NCBI GenBank assembly: GCA_964369775.1
Contig: CAYJHQ010000004.1
Span: forward strand, 15,030 to 79,029
Source of the DNA: an uncultured Lachnospiraceae bacterium
GTDB taxonomy: Bacteria > Bacillota > Clostridia > Lachnospirales > Lachnospiraceae
Reading direction: 5' to 3'
DNA length: 64,000 nucleotides
The notes below the pieces were generated by a model. It made no database searches and was not told where the DNA came from. It was given only the letters and a program-made list of their open reading frames with translations. The translations under genes and the position numbers were made by a program. Each line of letters starts with the position of its first letter. The first letter of the stretch is position 1. Positions 20,351 through 29,807 of this stretch are shown here, one piece after another.

Positions 20351-21520
20351 ATGTGGGTAGAAGATTACAGGGGCAAGTATCGCGCTTTTGAGCGCTATGT
20401 TGATCCAATGACACTGAGGCAAAAGAAGGTATCCGTCATCATGGAAAAGGATACAAAAAAGGAGAGAAAGATTGCGAGTGAAATTTTGCGCGAAAAGATC
20501 AATCAAGCGATTAAAAATGGAAACGCCTCTGATGACATTCGATTAGGTGAGCTAGTTGAAAAATATCTTGCCATTAACAAAATGAATTGGAAAGATACTA
20601 CGTATCGAAGAAATGGATTTGAATGTAAACTAATGATACAACTGCTGGGCGCCGATACAGTTGTTAGCAACTTAAAAGCAGGGTGGATCAATGAACAGCT
20701 TGTAAAAAGCGGACGAAACGCAACAAGTTTGAATGAGTGGATTAAGCGTTTTAAAATTATGATAAGGTGGGCGTACTCAAATGACTACATTGACAATACT
20801 CGCTGCGTTGATAAATTATCTAAGTTTAGGGAGAGGTCTCAGCGTGAAAAGCTGCTTCATAAATATTTAGAACCAGACGAGCTAAAGCTTGTTCTCGACT
20901 CTATGGAAGTTGAGAAATGGAGACTGATTACGGAATTGATGGTTCATTCGGGAATGCGAATAGGGGAAGTGATAGCCTTGAATGACAAGGATGTTGATAT
21001 TGAGAATGGCTATATCTCTATTGATAAAACATACGATATGGTCAACAAAATTACAACTGATGCTAAAACGGATACGTCTAAGAGACTAATAGTGATTCAG
21101 CCAAGGCTTCAAGTTATCTGTCAAAATATTCGAGTATTTATGAAAAATCATGGAAAAGTGATGCCTATTAAGAACAGATTATTTGTTCACAATGCGCAAG
21201 GTGGCTATATTGAATATTATTCATACAATAAATACTTGAAAGAGGTTTCTGAAAGGGTAGTCCCTCACAAAACAGTTACAACTCATGTGCTAAGGCACAC
21301 CCACACCAGTCTTTATATGGCGGAAGGGTTTACACTTGGTGCGATGTCTGCAAGGCTTGGTCATGCAAGCACGAAAATAACTGATGAGGTATATACACAC
21401 AAGACAAATTTATCTCATCAGCGAGACAGAGAATTATTGTATGAGGTGGATCGACGAATGCAGGCTCGTGAAGCTGGATTGCTAAATGATGGTGAAGAAG
21501 ACCAAGAGCAAGTTATATAA
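20351..21520 (+). CDS. tyrosine-type site-specific recombinase/integrase
   Basis: 389 aa. C-terminal catalytic box VLRHTHTSLYMAEG...LGHASTKITDEVYTH (R, HxxR, Y). Confidence 0.85.
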   Translation: MWVEDYRGKYRAFERYVDPMTLRQKKVSVIMEKDTKKERKIASEILREKINQAIKNGNASDDIRLGELVEKYLAINKMNWKDTTYRRNGFECKLMIQLLGADTVVSNLKAGWINEQLVKSGRNATSLNEWIKRFKIMIRWAYSNDYIDNTRCVDKLSKFRERSQREKLLHKYLEPDELKLVLDSMEVEKWRLITELMVHSGMRIGEVIALNDKDVDIENGYISIDKTYDMVNKITTDAKTDTSKRLIVIQPRLQVICQNIRVFMKNHGKVMPIKNRLFVHNAQGGYIEYYSYNKYLKEVSERVVPHKTVTTHVLRHTHTSLYMAEGFTLGAMSARLGHASTKITDEVYTHKTNLSHQRDRELLYEVDRRMQAREAGLLNDGEEDQEQVI

Positions 21521-21603
21521 TCAAAGGTGGAACTCGGTTCCGCCTTTTTTCATCTCCTTTTTTACATATTATACCTGAAAATAAATTTCAGGAGGACAGG
21601 AAA

Positions 21604-22212
21604 ATGAAACAACAAATTACAATCAATCTAACCGAAGAAGAGGCTATGTTTTTAAAACAGTATTCAGATGTATTTAGCAGCGAAGAAAAGATCCATGGAA
21701 CCAGAGACCCTCTCCACATTGTGCAAACCATGCGTAGAAAATCTATAAATGGGGAGTGTTGTGATTCGAGCGATATCGACTCCATCGAGTTTGTTATTTA
21801 TGCTCGCGCTAAAAGAACTCATCAAGAGTGTTCGAAAATCACTGAACTGCGATTTGATAATCACGACGATATGAGGGTTGCGGCTATTGATTGGATCAAG
21901 TCGAATCACGTATATAGCGACCGCGCCGAAGACTACTTCAATGAGACAGACGATGACTATTGTAGCGAGATTGTCTTTGAGTCAAAAAATGGATTAGCAT
22001 CACTTACAATAGAAAGATTATACTTCTCTGAATTCTATACGAATGTGGCATACTTTCTAACTAAAAAAGAGGCTCTACAGTATATTAGTGATCAGCGCCA
22101 CAATTTATCAAAGCCAAGGGTGTATACAGCTTGCATGTCAGGGCATCGCTCCAAAGACGGCGATCTAGCGTCATTATCAAAGCTATTACTTCGAATGGGT
22201 AAAAATTTGTAA
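21604..22212 (+). CDS. hypothetical protein
   Basis: 202-aa ORF with AGGAGGA RBS, followed by terminator GAGGGGCATATGCCTCTTTTTTTT. Confidence 0.55.
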   Translation: MKQQITINLTEEEAMFLKQYSDVFSSEEKIHGTRDPLHIVQTMRRKSINGECCDSSDIDSIEFVIYARAKRTHQECSKITELRFDNHDDMRVAAIDWIKSNHVYSDRAEDYFNETDDDYCSEIVFESKNGLASLTIERLYFSEFYTNVAYFLTKKEALQYISDQRHNLSKPRVYTACMSGHRSKDGDLASLSKLLLRMGKNL

Positions 22213-22270
22213 GAAAAGAGGGGCATATGCCTCTTTTTTTTGAGCATATTAAAAATAAAAGGAGTTATTT

Positions 22271-22582
22271 ATGGAACTAACAAATACTATCCCTAAAAAG
22301 ACTGTGCTTGCAGGCTATGTTAGCCTTCAAGATTTGTCGGAGCAGATAGGAGCCTCTCCTCGATCTATGAAGGAAAAGCTTGCTGGGTTTAAAAAAGAAA
22401 TTGAATTGGGCAGATATAACGATTACTCTTACATACAGTCTGGCCATCTCATACTAATTAACATTTATGCCTTTTTAGACTATTTAAAGTATAAGGATCG
22501 GCTAGACCGCCCCAGTGTTCGAGGGTCAGTCCCCTCATTTAATGCAAAGCTAGTAGCATCAATGTGCCATCCACTCAACTAA
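22271..22582 (+). CDS. small HTH-like protein (candidate excisionase/regulator)
   Basis: 103 aa. Segment VSLQDLSEQIGASPRSMKEKL resembles helix-turn-helix. AAAGGAG RBS; terminator follows. Confidence 0.45.
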   Translation: MELTNTIPKKTVLAGYVSLQDLSEQIGASPRSMKEKLAGFKKEIELGRYNDYSYIQSGHLILINIYAFLDYLKYKDRLDRPSVRGSVPSFNAKLVASMCHPLN

Positions 22583-22610
22583 AAAAGAGCCTTTCGGCTC
22601 TCTTTTTTTT

Positions 22611-22623
22611 GGAACTCAGTTCC
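22611..22623. promoter_or_regulatory. element palindrome GGAACTSAGTTCC copy 1
   Basis: Perfect 13-bp palindrome adjacent to a terminator T-run. Confidence 0.6.
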
Positions 22624-22629
22624 AAAATT

Positions 22630-22818
22630 CTATTTCGAGGTTAATACAACCTGCTCTTTCTTGCTCATCAGCACCACCGTCACCCATGATGATTGAAATA
22701 ATTTTGACTTTTGGGCCGCGACCTCTCTAGCTCTCTCTTCATTCTCAGCTAATACAACCATCGCTCTATCCTCTCCTATCCCAATCTCTCCTGATCTCTT
22801 CAGTAAAAATACGCTCAT
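22630..22818 (-). CDS. hypothetical protein (62 aa)
   Basis: AAAGGAGAAAAAA RBS. First of the minus-strand cassette series. Confidence 0.45.
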   Translation of the reverse strand: MSVFLLKRSGEIGIGEDRAMVVLAENEERAREVAAQKSKLFQSSWVTVVLMSKKEQVVLTSK

Positions 22819-22931
22819 TTTTTTCTCCTTTGTGTGTTTTATATTATTATAGAAGAAACTCGAAATCCGTGTGTTTTTGCACGGAAGTCAAAAATTCAAA
22901 ACAAAAGCTTTTTAGGGGATGTGGTTTCAAA

Positions 22932-23180
22932 CTACGAGCTCTTTACCTTTTGCAAATAATGCACGCTCGACGTGCTCCTAATTAGTAAAATATCTACAAA
23001 TTTCTGGTCATTCATATAGCACTGTTCAAGCTTTTTCACTTCTTTTGCTGACAAGTGAATTACCCCAGCTACTCGATTGCTTAACTCTACCTTGTTGTTT
23101 CTCAATCTTACTTTCACAACAGATCCAACCATAGGTTTTAATTTTTCTCCCGAAGTGTATAACACCTTATATCTTTCCAT
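22932..23180 (-). CDS. hypothetical protein (82 aa)
   Basis: Preceded by leader CATATTAAAAATAAAAGGA and terminator of upstream cassette. Confidence 0.45.
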   Translation of the reverse strand: MERYKVLYTSGEKLKPMVGSVVKVRLRNNKVELSNRVAGVIHLSAKEVKKLEQCYMNDQKFVDILLIRSTSSVHYLQKVKSS

Positions 23181-23234
23181 CCAATTTACCGTCCTTTTAT
23201 TTTTAATATGTAAAAAAAGAGAGCTTTCGCCCTC

Positions 23235-23690
23235 CTACTTTTTTGAATTATTGATGAAGTTAAATTGGAATACTGCGATTTCGGCAGCTATTTCACCCCT
23301 CCCAGACCTTGTAACTCTGTGGTTTGCTACATAATCTCTAGCTGTTTCATCTGAGTCAGACGTCTTCACCTCCATGCTATCAATTCCGTAACTAGATGCT
23401 TTCTCCAGAATAAATGATTGCATCTCGTCTGGTGCTTCAGACAGCATCAATAGAGACTCCTCGTCATTTAGTATCTCTGGAAATAATTCTAGTTCATCAA
23501 GCAACAATGCAAGCGCCTCTTCATTATCTGCCTTAAAGATTGGAATGAAGCAATGAAATGAATCATTATTTGTAATAGAAAACACAACCTCTGACATTTT
23601 ATTTACAACCCTTTCGCCCACAGCTTTTATTTCTAGATCCCATCCATATAATCCCTTATACAGATCTTTAACTTTCTCTAACTTTTCCAT
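23235..23690 (-). CDS. hypothetical protein (151 aa)
   Basis: Conserved leader TGAAAATAAATTTTAGGAGGA 6 nt before ATG. Confidence 0.55.
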   Translation of the reverse strand: MEKLEKVKDLYKGLYGWDLEIKAVGERVVNKMSEVVFSITNNDSFHCFIPIFKADNEEALALLLDELELFPEILNDEESLLMLSEAPDEMQSFILEKASSYGIDSMEVKTSDSDETARDYVANHRVTRSGRGEIAAEIAVFQFNFINNSKK

Positions 23691-23772
23691 ATTCTCGTCC
23701 TCCTAAAATTTATTTTCAGAGGTAATATGACAAACTATGAAAAAAAAAGAGACGGATTACTCCGCCTCTTGA

Positions 23773-24207
23773 CTATGCGCTCTCCCAAGATGCCTCTGGC
23801 TCATACAGATAGAATCGTTGGTAGCCATTTCCACTTCTGGAAACTCCAAAAGCTGTAGCAGAGCTTACTCTTCCTCCCCGCTCGTCCTTAATAATGATTG
23901 CTGTTTCTTTGATTTCTGTAATTCGAACCATTGATTTATGGCACTCTTTCTCGTCAATAAACCACAAAAGACACCCTCTAACATTATCTAATTCATCCAA
24001 CGATAACGGTCCTGGATATTCCCTTTCAATCTTCTCCACAAGGGCTTCTTTTGCCAGCAGCATTCGGCGAAGCATTATTGTCCAAGAGCCACCGCCTATA
24101 TCTAGCAAATCTGTGATTCCATTGATTTTCATGCACTCAATAATACTTTGCTCAATCAGCATGACCGATTGAACTAATTCATCTCTTTTATTAATATTTT
24201 TTTCCAT
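23773..24207 (-). CDS. hypothetical protein (144 aa)
   Basis: AAAGGAG RBS. Confidence 0.5.
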   Translation of the reverse strand: MEKNINKRDELVQSVMLIEQSIIECMKINGITDLLDIGGGSWTIMLRRMLLAKEALVEKIEREYPGPLSLDELDNVRGCLLWFIDEKECHKSMVRITEIKETAIIIKDERGGRVSSATAFGVSRSGNGYQRFYLYEPEASWESA

Positions 24208-24235
24208 ACAAACACTCCTTTATGCTTATAATATA

Positions 24236-24535
24236 CTACTCGATTGGCTCCCAAGGTGCAATTGGCTCTTCTTCAAAGAATCTATGAACGCCTCTCTCTA
24301 CATTTGCTCGGCTAACTATAAACAAATTAGTCTCAACGCAATGCTGGTCTACATCTTTAATAGAAACAAGACCCTTTGACCGCTCTGCCTCATTTACATA
24401 CCACAGCTCTCTCTTTGTTGTTTTTGCTAATTTTTTGACAGAAATCGGATGAATCACGTCTTTTGTTGAAGAGCTTAGCACCTCTTTTCGTATCGAGTGA
24501 CTGCTACTTGTGTAGCAATATTTTGCTGTATTCAA
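24236..24535 (-). CDS. hypothetical protein (99 aa, TTG start)
   Basis: GGGGGA RBS before TTG. The 15-mer motif lies upstream. Confidence 0.4.
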   Translation of the reverse strand: MNTAKYCYTSSSHSIRKEVLSSSTKDVIHPISVKKLAKTTKRELWYVNEAERSKGLVSIKDVDQHCVETNLFIVSRANVERGVHRFFEEEPIAPWEPIE

Positions 24536-24648
24536 TAGGTATTCCCCCTTTCTTATAATAGATTAACATAAATAAAAAATCTATATTTTTTTGCACGGAG
24601 AGCGTTGTTTCAACAAAAAAAAGGAGCTATACGCCCCTTTTCCTATTT

Positions 24649-25161
24649 TTAGTTCTGAAAATAACCCCTTTTTTTATTATAAAACATGTCCATAAGATTT
24701 TCACAATTCATGCAAGTGAATTCGAACACGTCTGCCTGGATGTTTGTGCGATAGTGATATCTTCTACCGCATTCACAAGAAGGGTAGACCATGTACATAT
24801 CAGTAAGTCTTGTTACCTCTTGGCAATGCGAACATGTATAATTATATAGAGGGATTTTGGATGAGAATGCTTTTCGCTCTCCACAATGCTCGCATTCGAC
24901 AAGCAAAAACCCAGAATTCATACGCTCGCCTCCATCGACATCTATAGGACTGTTTGAGGGCTTATCATGGAGCACCTCTTTCCTCGTACCATATTGCTTT
25001 TTCTCATCAACCTCCTTTTTAGAGTGACATTTTCCTCCACACTTGCATTCGTGTGGAATCGGATGCGCAACGCTTAATGCATGATGAAGCAACTTTACCA
25101 CTTCTTCCTCTGGAAGCTCTGTGCTTATATTTCCAATTGGTGATTTAATTTTAACTAACAT
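24649..25161 (-). CDS. multi-CxxC zinc-ribbon protein
   Basis: Four CxxC pairs. GGAGAAAG RBS before ATG at 25161. Confidence 0.5.
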   Translation of the reverse strand: MLVKIKSPIGNISTELPEEEVVKLLHHALSVAHPIPHECKCGGKCHSKKEVDEKKQYGTRKEVLHDKPSNSPIDVDGGERMNSGFLLVECEHCGERKAFSSKIPLYNYTCSHCQEVTRLTDMYMVYPSCECGRRYHYRTNIQADVFEFTCMNCENLMDMFYNKKRGYFQN

Positions 25162-25961
25162 ACTTCTTTCTCCTCTCTTAGTTCCCAACTAGGATCCCAC
25201 TTTTCAGTCATTCGCTTTTGTCGTCTACGCCTTCTTAGTCGTAAGCGCTTTTCTTTTTGTTCTTCGCCATTTCTCTTTCGACAACTTGAGTATGGGTTTT
25301 TCAATACTCTTTTTAGTGACGAACTCCTCTTTGCTCTTGCATAGCTGATATCTCCAACTAGCAAGTCCGCGTTTTCTTCATCGAAATGTTCGCTATATGG
25401 AACAGCTTCAACGCTAAGCTCTTTCTTTGCGCCCCTAGCTTTTGCCTTTTGGATTCCCCATGTGAATTGAGCGATTCTCTTCCATCTATCTTCGCTAACA
25501 AGAGGCTTAGCTCCCGCAAAGGACTCTTTAACAAGCATCGAGTTTTTTCGGATTTTTGACCACTCCTCGAAAACCCAATCAAAAAGGATAGGGCGTGTTA
25601 AGTGATATTTCATGATTTCTCTGAATAACACCTTGTCATAGATCGAATTTCCATTTACGTCGCATAGATATAGGTGACGCTTCTGCTCTCTCCTAAATAG
25701 TTGCACGTAGGTATCTGAGTCGATACGCTTGATAAGCCTTAGCAAGTCGTCCCAAAAAACGAAAGCCTCGGATTGGTAAAGATAGCGGACAACTTGGTCG
25801 TAACTTTCAAACACCGTCAATTTTAGGCATCCGTAATTACTAAACAAATGGCCTTGCGATTTCAACTCTTCTAACGTGAGCGCGTCGTCTATAAGGAAAT
25901 ATATAGGCTTGAATGGAAGCTCCCTTTCTGTAATCTCTCTGATGATTTTTTTGTGTTCCAT
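25155..25961 (-). CDS. hypothetical protein (268 aa) with poly-basic C-terminus
   Basis: ORF with RRRRRQKR tail. Upstream CATATTAAAAATAAAAAGAG leader. Confidence 0.5.
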   Translation of the reverse strand: MEHKKIIREITERELPFKPIYFLIDDALTLEELKSQGHLFSNYGCLKLTVFESYDQVVRYLYQSEAFVFWDDLLRLIKRIDSDTYVQLFRREQKRHLYLCDVNGNSIYDKVLFREIMKYHLTRPILFDWVFEEWSKIRKNSMLVKESFAGAKPLVSEDRWKRIAQFTWGIQKAKARGAKKELSVEAVPYSEHFDEENADLLVGDISYARAKRSSSLKRVLKNPYSSCRKRNGEEQKEKRLRLRRRRRQKRMTEKWDPSWELREEKEVC

Positions 25962-26046
25962 GTGTAAACCTCTCTTTTTATTTTTAATATGCCAAAATCA
26001 ATGCATTGAAGCGTAACATTTAACCCTAAATTCAAAAAAAGAGAAC

Positions 26047-26059
26047 GGAACTGAGTTCC
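26047..26059. promoter_or_regulatory. element palindrome copy 2
   Basis: GGAACTGAGTTCC between terminator and CATATT box. Confidence 0.6.
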
Positions 26060-26392
26060 ATTCTCCATATCTATGATCAATTGCAATTGCTGCAGCCTAG
26101 TATAAACCGTAGCTGCTGTGAATAGCTAAAAAACTAACTCTAGGATTTTGTCAAAAGCTAAATCTTGAGTAGTGACTTTTATACATTTTAAGCATTAAAG
26201 GTTAATCGCTAAGTATTAAATACTGATTGTTAAGCGTTATCCTTCTTTATGGTGTGTTGACGCAATGATTGATCCTTGTTGATGCCTCATTCGATGGCAC
26301 ACCTCTTTATAATGTTTTATTTTACTTTGCATAACCTTGCAAAGAGAGGTCACAGCTTTACAGTTTTTCGCAACAATTACAAGGAATCTATA

Positions 26393-27022
26393 CTACCACT
26401 CCAATTCGATTGTAGTTACTGCGTTTGATACCGCTAAGGCTGTATCTACGTTACTTCTAAACTCATCAATTTCATCTTCTAGCTTTCGAATCACTTCCAA
26501 AATCCCTAGGGGATCCTCTAGTATATGTTGATTTGCTTTATTGTGCGCGGCCACGATGGAGTCGATTTGATTTGCTGAATCACCCTCTTTTCCACCACAT
26601 GCTAGTGTTTTAAGAATCTCGTTCAAGCTTTTGTCGCTCTTTTTATTTTCGCTTGCCACTACCTTTTCCGCAAGGCTGTATTGCTGCTTCAATTCATCTA
26701 AGAGGTCTTCTTTGTAAGAAATACTCTGCTTGTAATCGATGACTTCCGCTACTGACATTTTTTGATTCCCGATTGAAACCTCCGTGTTTGCATTTGAGGC
26801 AATAATTTTGGCCTTTAGATCCATTCGATTTTTAATTAACGCTGCAATTGAGTCGTAGGTAGAGGTCGCGTTTGCTTTAAACGCTTTAACAGTTTTCGCA
26901 TTGACAAGAGTATCTGTCGTCTTTCTTGCTGCCACAAATGTACCAGACTCCACTTTTTTTCTGATTTTTGAATCTTGCAACTTCAATTCGTTTAACGCTT
27001 CCGTTACTGTAATTTTTCTCAT
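26393..27022 (-). CDS. hypothetical coiled-coil protein
   Basis: GGAGAAAGG RBS before internal ATG (MRKITVTEAL...). The track start at 27079 lacks an RBS. Confidence 0.5.
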   Translation of the reverse strand: MRKITVTEALNELKLQDSKIRKKVESGTFVAARKTTDTLVNAKTVKAFKANATSTYDSIAALIKNRMDLKAKIIASNANTEVSIGNQKMSVAEVIDYKQSISYKEDLLDELKQQYSLAEKVVASENKKSDKSLNEILKTLACGGKEGDSANQIDSIVAAHNKANQHILEDPLGILEVIRKLEDEIDEFRSNVDTALAVSNAVTTIELEW

Positions 27023-27195
27023 AAAATAATTCCTTTCTCCGTTTTCTGTTCTTGCTAAAGATTCCTCTGGTAGAGGCAATCCCCGTCTTTAACACGCGGT
27101 TGGCTTAGAAAAACAATATTGTGTGAGTTCTAATATTTCTCACTTCTTTAATATGCGAAATTTTAGTCTGCTTGATCGCGAATCAACAAAATTTC

Positions 27196-27969
27196 TTAAC
27201 AATTTCTGGAACTGAGTTCCAATTTTTGATGATTGGATAGCCTTGCTCTTCCGATTTTGCAATATTTCTCTTCTTTTTCTATCCCAATCCATCTTCTGTT
27301 TAAATTTTCTGCTCCTAAGCAAGTCGTAAAGCTTCCTGCTGTGTTATCTAGCACCAAATCACCTTCATTGCTATAGGTCTTAATTAGATATTCTATTAAG
27401 GCAAGTGGTTTCTGGGTAGGGTGAAAGGAATATCTTTGTGTATCTGTGGAAAAAATTTGAATACTTTTGGGATATCGTTTAGTTGAACAATATTCGTGAT
27501 CTCGACTATTTTTTCCGTATACCTCCGTATTAGATTCCTTTTTCTTCTTTGATTTCTTTAATGCGTGACCACTTGTCATCTGAGGATTATAGGTTGGTTG
27601 CTTCCTATAAAAGACGCTGATCAACTCATGATTTCTCATAGGTTGGCGCTTTGCATTGAAATAACCTACACCTTTCACTTTGTCCCAAACCCAGTCGTAT
27701 TTATAGTTTTTAATATTACTTGCCCTCAATGTACTAGAAAATGGCTCCGTTCCAAACAAAACAATAGCCCCATTTTTTTTCACGACTCTATTGTACTGCT
27801 CCCACAAAGGCTCGAACGGTATCACTGTATCCCATTTACACTTCGTGATTCCGTAAGGCAAGTCACAAAGCACCATATCGACACTGTTATCTTCTATCCC
27901 ATTCATAACTTCCAGGCAGTCTCCTTGATAGATGCTGCCAAGCTCCGTGCTGTAATAACTATCTTGCAT
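27196..27969 (-). CDS. orphan DNA methyltransferase (beta-class N6-adenine/N4-cytosine; motif IV DLPY before motif I)
   Basis: Reverse complement of 28035..27196 translates to ...SVDMVLCDLPYG...DNTAGSFTTCLGAENLNRRWIGIE. The track labels this ORF + but only the minus strand gives this reading (CAT at 28033-28035, TTA at 27196-27198). AAGGA RBS before MQDSYY at 27969. Confidence 0.75.
   Translation of the reverse strand: MQDSYYSTELGSIYQGDCLEVMNGIEDNSVDMVLCDLPYGITKCKWDTVIPFEPLWEQYNRVVKKNGAIVLFGTEPFSSTLRASNIKNYKYDWVWDKVKGVGYFNAKRQPMRNHELISVFYRKQPTYNPQMTSGHALKKSKKKKESNTEVYGKNSRDHEYCSTKRYPKSIQIFSTDTQRYSFHPTQKPLALIEYLIKTYSNEGDLVLDNTAGSFTTCLGAENLNRRWIGIEKEEKYCKIGRARLSNHQKLELSSRNC
27208..27220. promoter_or_regulatory. 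element palindrome copy 3
   Basis: GGAACTGAGTTCC. Confidence 0.6.
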
Positions 27970-28000
27970 ATTTTTCATCCTTTTATTTTTAATATGCAAA
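27970..28000 (-). promoter_or_regulatory. representative cassette leader (class B): CATATTAAAAATAAAAGGA
   Basis: Shared by methyltransferase (27969), 22932..23180, 25155..25961. Similar TTAATATG boxes at 32820, 41660, 48513, 51008, 55927, 57938, 60058, 63348 (plus-strand coordinates). Confidence 0.45.
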
Positions 28001-28027
28001 AAGCAAGGCTTGAACCTCGCTTTGTAC

Positions 28028-28216
28028 CTACACATACCCCTTCAATCTCAAATATTGTTTTGTCTTTAGCTCTTCTTTTTCACGAATCGCTAGCTTTGCT
28101 TCTGCCGTTTTGTACGCAACAGCCAACACGCTCTCTGGTAGCGCTTTCACTACTTCTTCTGGTGATGCTGATCCAATCGCCACGCCTAGTCGCTCTTTCA
28201 AACCTTCTTTACTCAT
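28028..28216 (-). CDS. hypothetical small protein, paralogous to the N-terminus of 28311..28952
   Basis: KERLGVAIGSASPEEVVKALPESVLAVAYK aligns with RCRLESATAGSTVEEIARAMPQAMAAAVYK. AAGGGGG RBS. Confidence 0.45.
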   Translation of the reverse strand: MSKEGLKERLGVAIGSASPEEVVKALPESVLAVAYKTAEAKLAIREKEELKTKQYLRLKGYV

Positions 28217-28310
28217 ATACTTACACACCCCCTTCTTATTTACTATCGATGCTAATATGAGAAAAAGCGAGGATTGCCCTCGCTTTTATCTCTAATACTA
28301 AAACTTGATT

Positions 28311-28952
28311 TTAACCATAGATCAGATCTCCAAATGCTGCAACTTGGATGATATAGTCTAGTAATTCAGCGTCGTAATTATCAATTGCGCAATTATGACT
28401 CATTTCGACCTTTGCCTTCTCAAGGGCCTCATCTAATTCTTTCATAGAAAAACTTCCGTGTTCGTCATCATCAGAGATAACATTGATAGAATGACCCTTT
28501 TTCAATAGATCAACCAACTCATAGCTTGATCTTTTTTCCCATGAAAGTCCTCCCCAGTAACTAATAGCTGAATCGGCATCACAAATAAAATCCGCTAAGC
28601 CATCTGCATCCATGCCTAAAAATGAAACCACAGCTCTGCTTTCATCAGCTACCGCTATATAATTTTCTACATGCTTAATAAGGTCATTTTTGCCAAGAGA
28701 AAACACATCGCTATGAAACTGTATATAGCTAGCAAGCTTTACAGCATCCTCCCTTAAAAAGCAGTTTGACTTTTCCATATCTTCTGCAATATTCACTAGC
28801 CTCTGTACTAACTCTTCTGTTATCATTTTCTTATAGACTGCGGCAGCCATAGCCTGTGGCATCGCTCTTGCAATCTCTTCTACAGTACTTCCTGCTGTCG
28901 CACTTTCTAGCCTGCATCTTAAAATCTCTGCCTTAGTTTCTAACTTTGTCAT
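28311..28952 (-). CDS. hypothetical protein (213 aa)
   Basis: Conserved leader/RBS. Confidence 0.5.
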   Translation of the reverse strand: MTKLETKAEILRCRLESATAGSTVEEIARAMPQAMAAAVYKKMITEELVQRLVNIAEDMEKSNCFLREDAVKLASYIQFHSDVFSLGKNDLIKHVENYIAVADESRAVVSFLGMDADGLADFICDADSAISYWGGLSWEKRSSYELVDLLKKGHSINVISDDDEHGSFSMKELDEALEKAKVEMSHNCAIDNYDAELLDYIIQVAAFGDLIYG

Positions 28953-29000
28953 TATTTCTTCCTCCTAAAATTTATTTTCACTTATAATATGTGAGTATTT
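28953..29000 (-). promoter_or_regulatory. representative cassette promoter/leader (class A): CATATT box + TGAAAATAAATTTTAGGAGGA leader
   Basis: Minus strand reads CACATATTATAAGTGAAAATAAATTTTAGGAGGAAGAAATA-ATG. The same leader (1-3 mismatches) precedes at least 15 ORFs, e.g. at 23697, 30075, 33246, 35253, 38384, 38587, 40170, 42673, 43880, 58263, 59523. Confidence 0.55.
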
Positions 29001-29009
29001 CTAGAATTT

Positions 29010-29022
29010 GGAACTGAGTTCC
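29010..29022. promoter_or_regulatory. element palindrome copy 4 (17-bp TTGGAACTGAGTTCCAA)
   Basis: Extended palindrome, 18 nt from CATATT. Confidence 0.6.
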
Positions 29023-29034
29023 AAAAAAGAGAGC

Positions 29035-29361
29035 CTAAGCTCTCTTTCTATACTCTTCAAAATACACTATCTCGCTTCTTTTTTCGTTCCTTGATAGTTT
29101 GATTCGCATCTGAAGCAGCCTCTTTTTCGCAATTTCATATCCTATGCTTGCTCTGAATACACACGACACAAGCCATCCAGTTGTAGCAAGCGCTATAAGT
29201 GCTGGCAAGTCGCTTAAAGCCAGTCTTTGATCCGCCCACGCAGCCACACATATAAATCCAAAAAGTAGCACAGCAGCACTCACAAATTGGCAAAACAGCG
29301 CAAAGCATATCTTTCTCCTTAAGACAATCTCCGTCTCTCTCTCTGATAATTGTAATTGCAT
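29035..29361 (-). CDS. small membrane protein (108 aa)
   Basis: Two TM helices. Confidence 0.45.
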   Translation of the reverse strand: MQLQLSERETEIVLRRKICFALFCQFVSAAVLLFGFICVAAWADQRLALSDLPALIALATTGWLVSCVFRASIGYEIAKKRLLQMRIKLSRNEKRSEIVYFEEYRKRA

Positions 29362-29435
29362 ACATACACCCTCCTTAAATTAATTATTCGAGGTTAATAT
29401 GCTAATGTACTAAAAAAAGAAGCGGAGCAATTGCT

Positions 29436-29558
29436 CTACTTCTTGTCCGCTAATCTGTCTGGCTGGTGCTCTTCTTGATAATACGCATCTGCTTTTCTCT
29501 TTCGCATACCTCCAAAATCCACCACATCTTCTAAATACTCAGCCACTTCAAACTCCAT
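29436..29558 (-). CDS. small acidic protein (40 aa)
   Basis: GGAGGAAATTTT-ATG perfect SD. Followed by GAGCAATTGCTC hairpin terminator. Below the track cutoff. Confidence 0.4.
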   Translation of the reverse strand: MEFEVAEYLEDVVDFGGMRKRKADAYYQEEHQPDRLADKK

Positions 29559-29807
29559 AAAATTTCCTCCTATGCTTTCATTTTTAAAAAAATATGAAAA
29601 AAAGTATATTTTTTCGCAAAAATGAGCGCAAGTGAAGAGAAATTATTCATATTATAAGTGTAGCAGTTGAAATACTGTTACAGCATTTTTTTTCATACGT
29701 GCTAGGGCGAAAGCCTTGCACACTTCCTTTATTTAATATATATGAAGCAGATAGCGAGTTTGCTTCAACAAGAAAAGATGGGCTCTTCACCCATCTTTTT
29801 TTGTGTT

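Noticed and set aside
26090-26392. About 300-bp non-coding stretch with partial inverted repeats (GGTGTGTT...GGCACACC) as a possible sRNA or origin
   Set aside because: Only a short imperfect dyad. No promoter/terminator pair in a consistent orientation. Insufficient evidence.
27196-28035. Track labels this 279-aa ORF as + strand
   Set aside because: The + strand at 27196 does not start with a start codon. The protein sequence given (MCRYK...DLPYG...) is obtained only from the reverse complement (CAT at 28033-28035, TTA at 27196-27198). Annotated as minus-strand methyltransferase with start at 27969.
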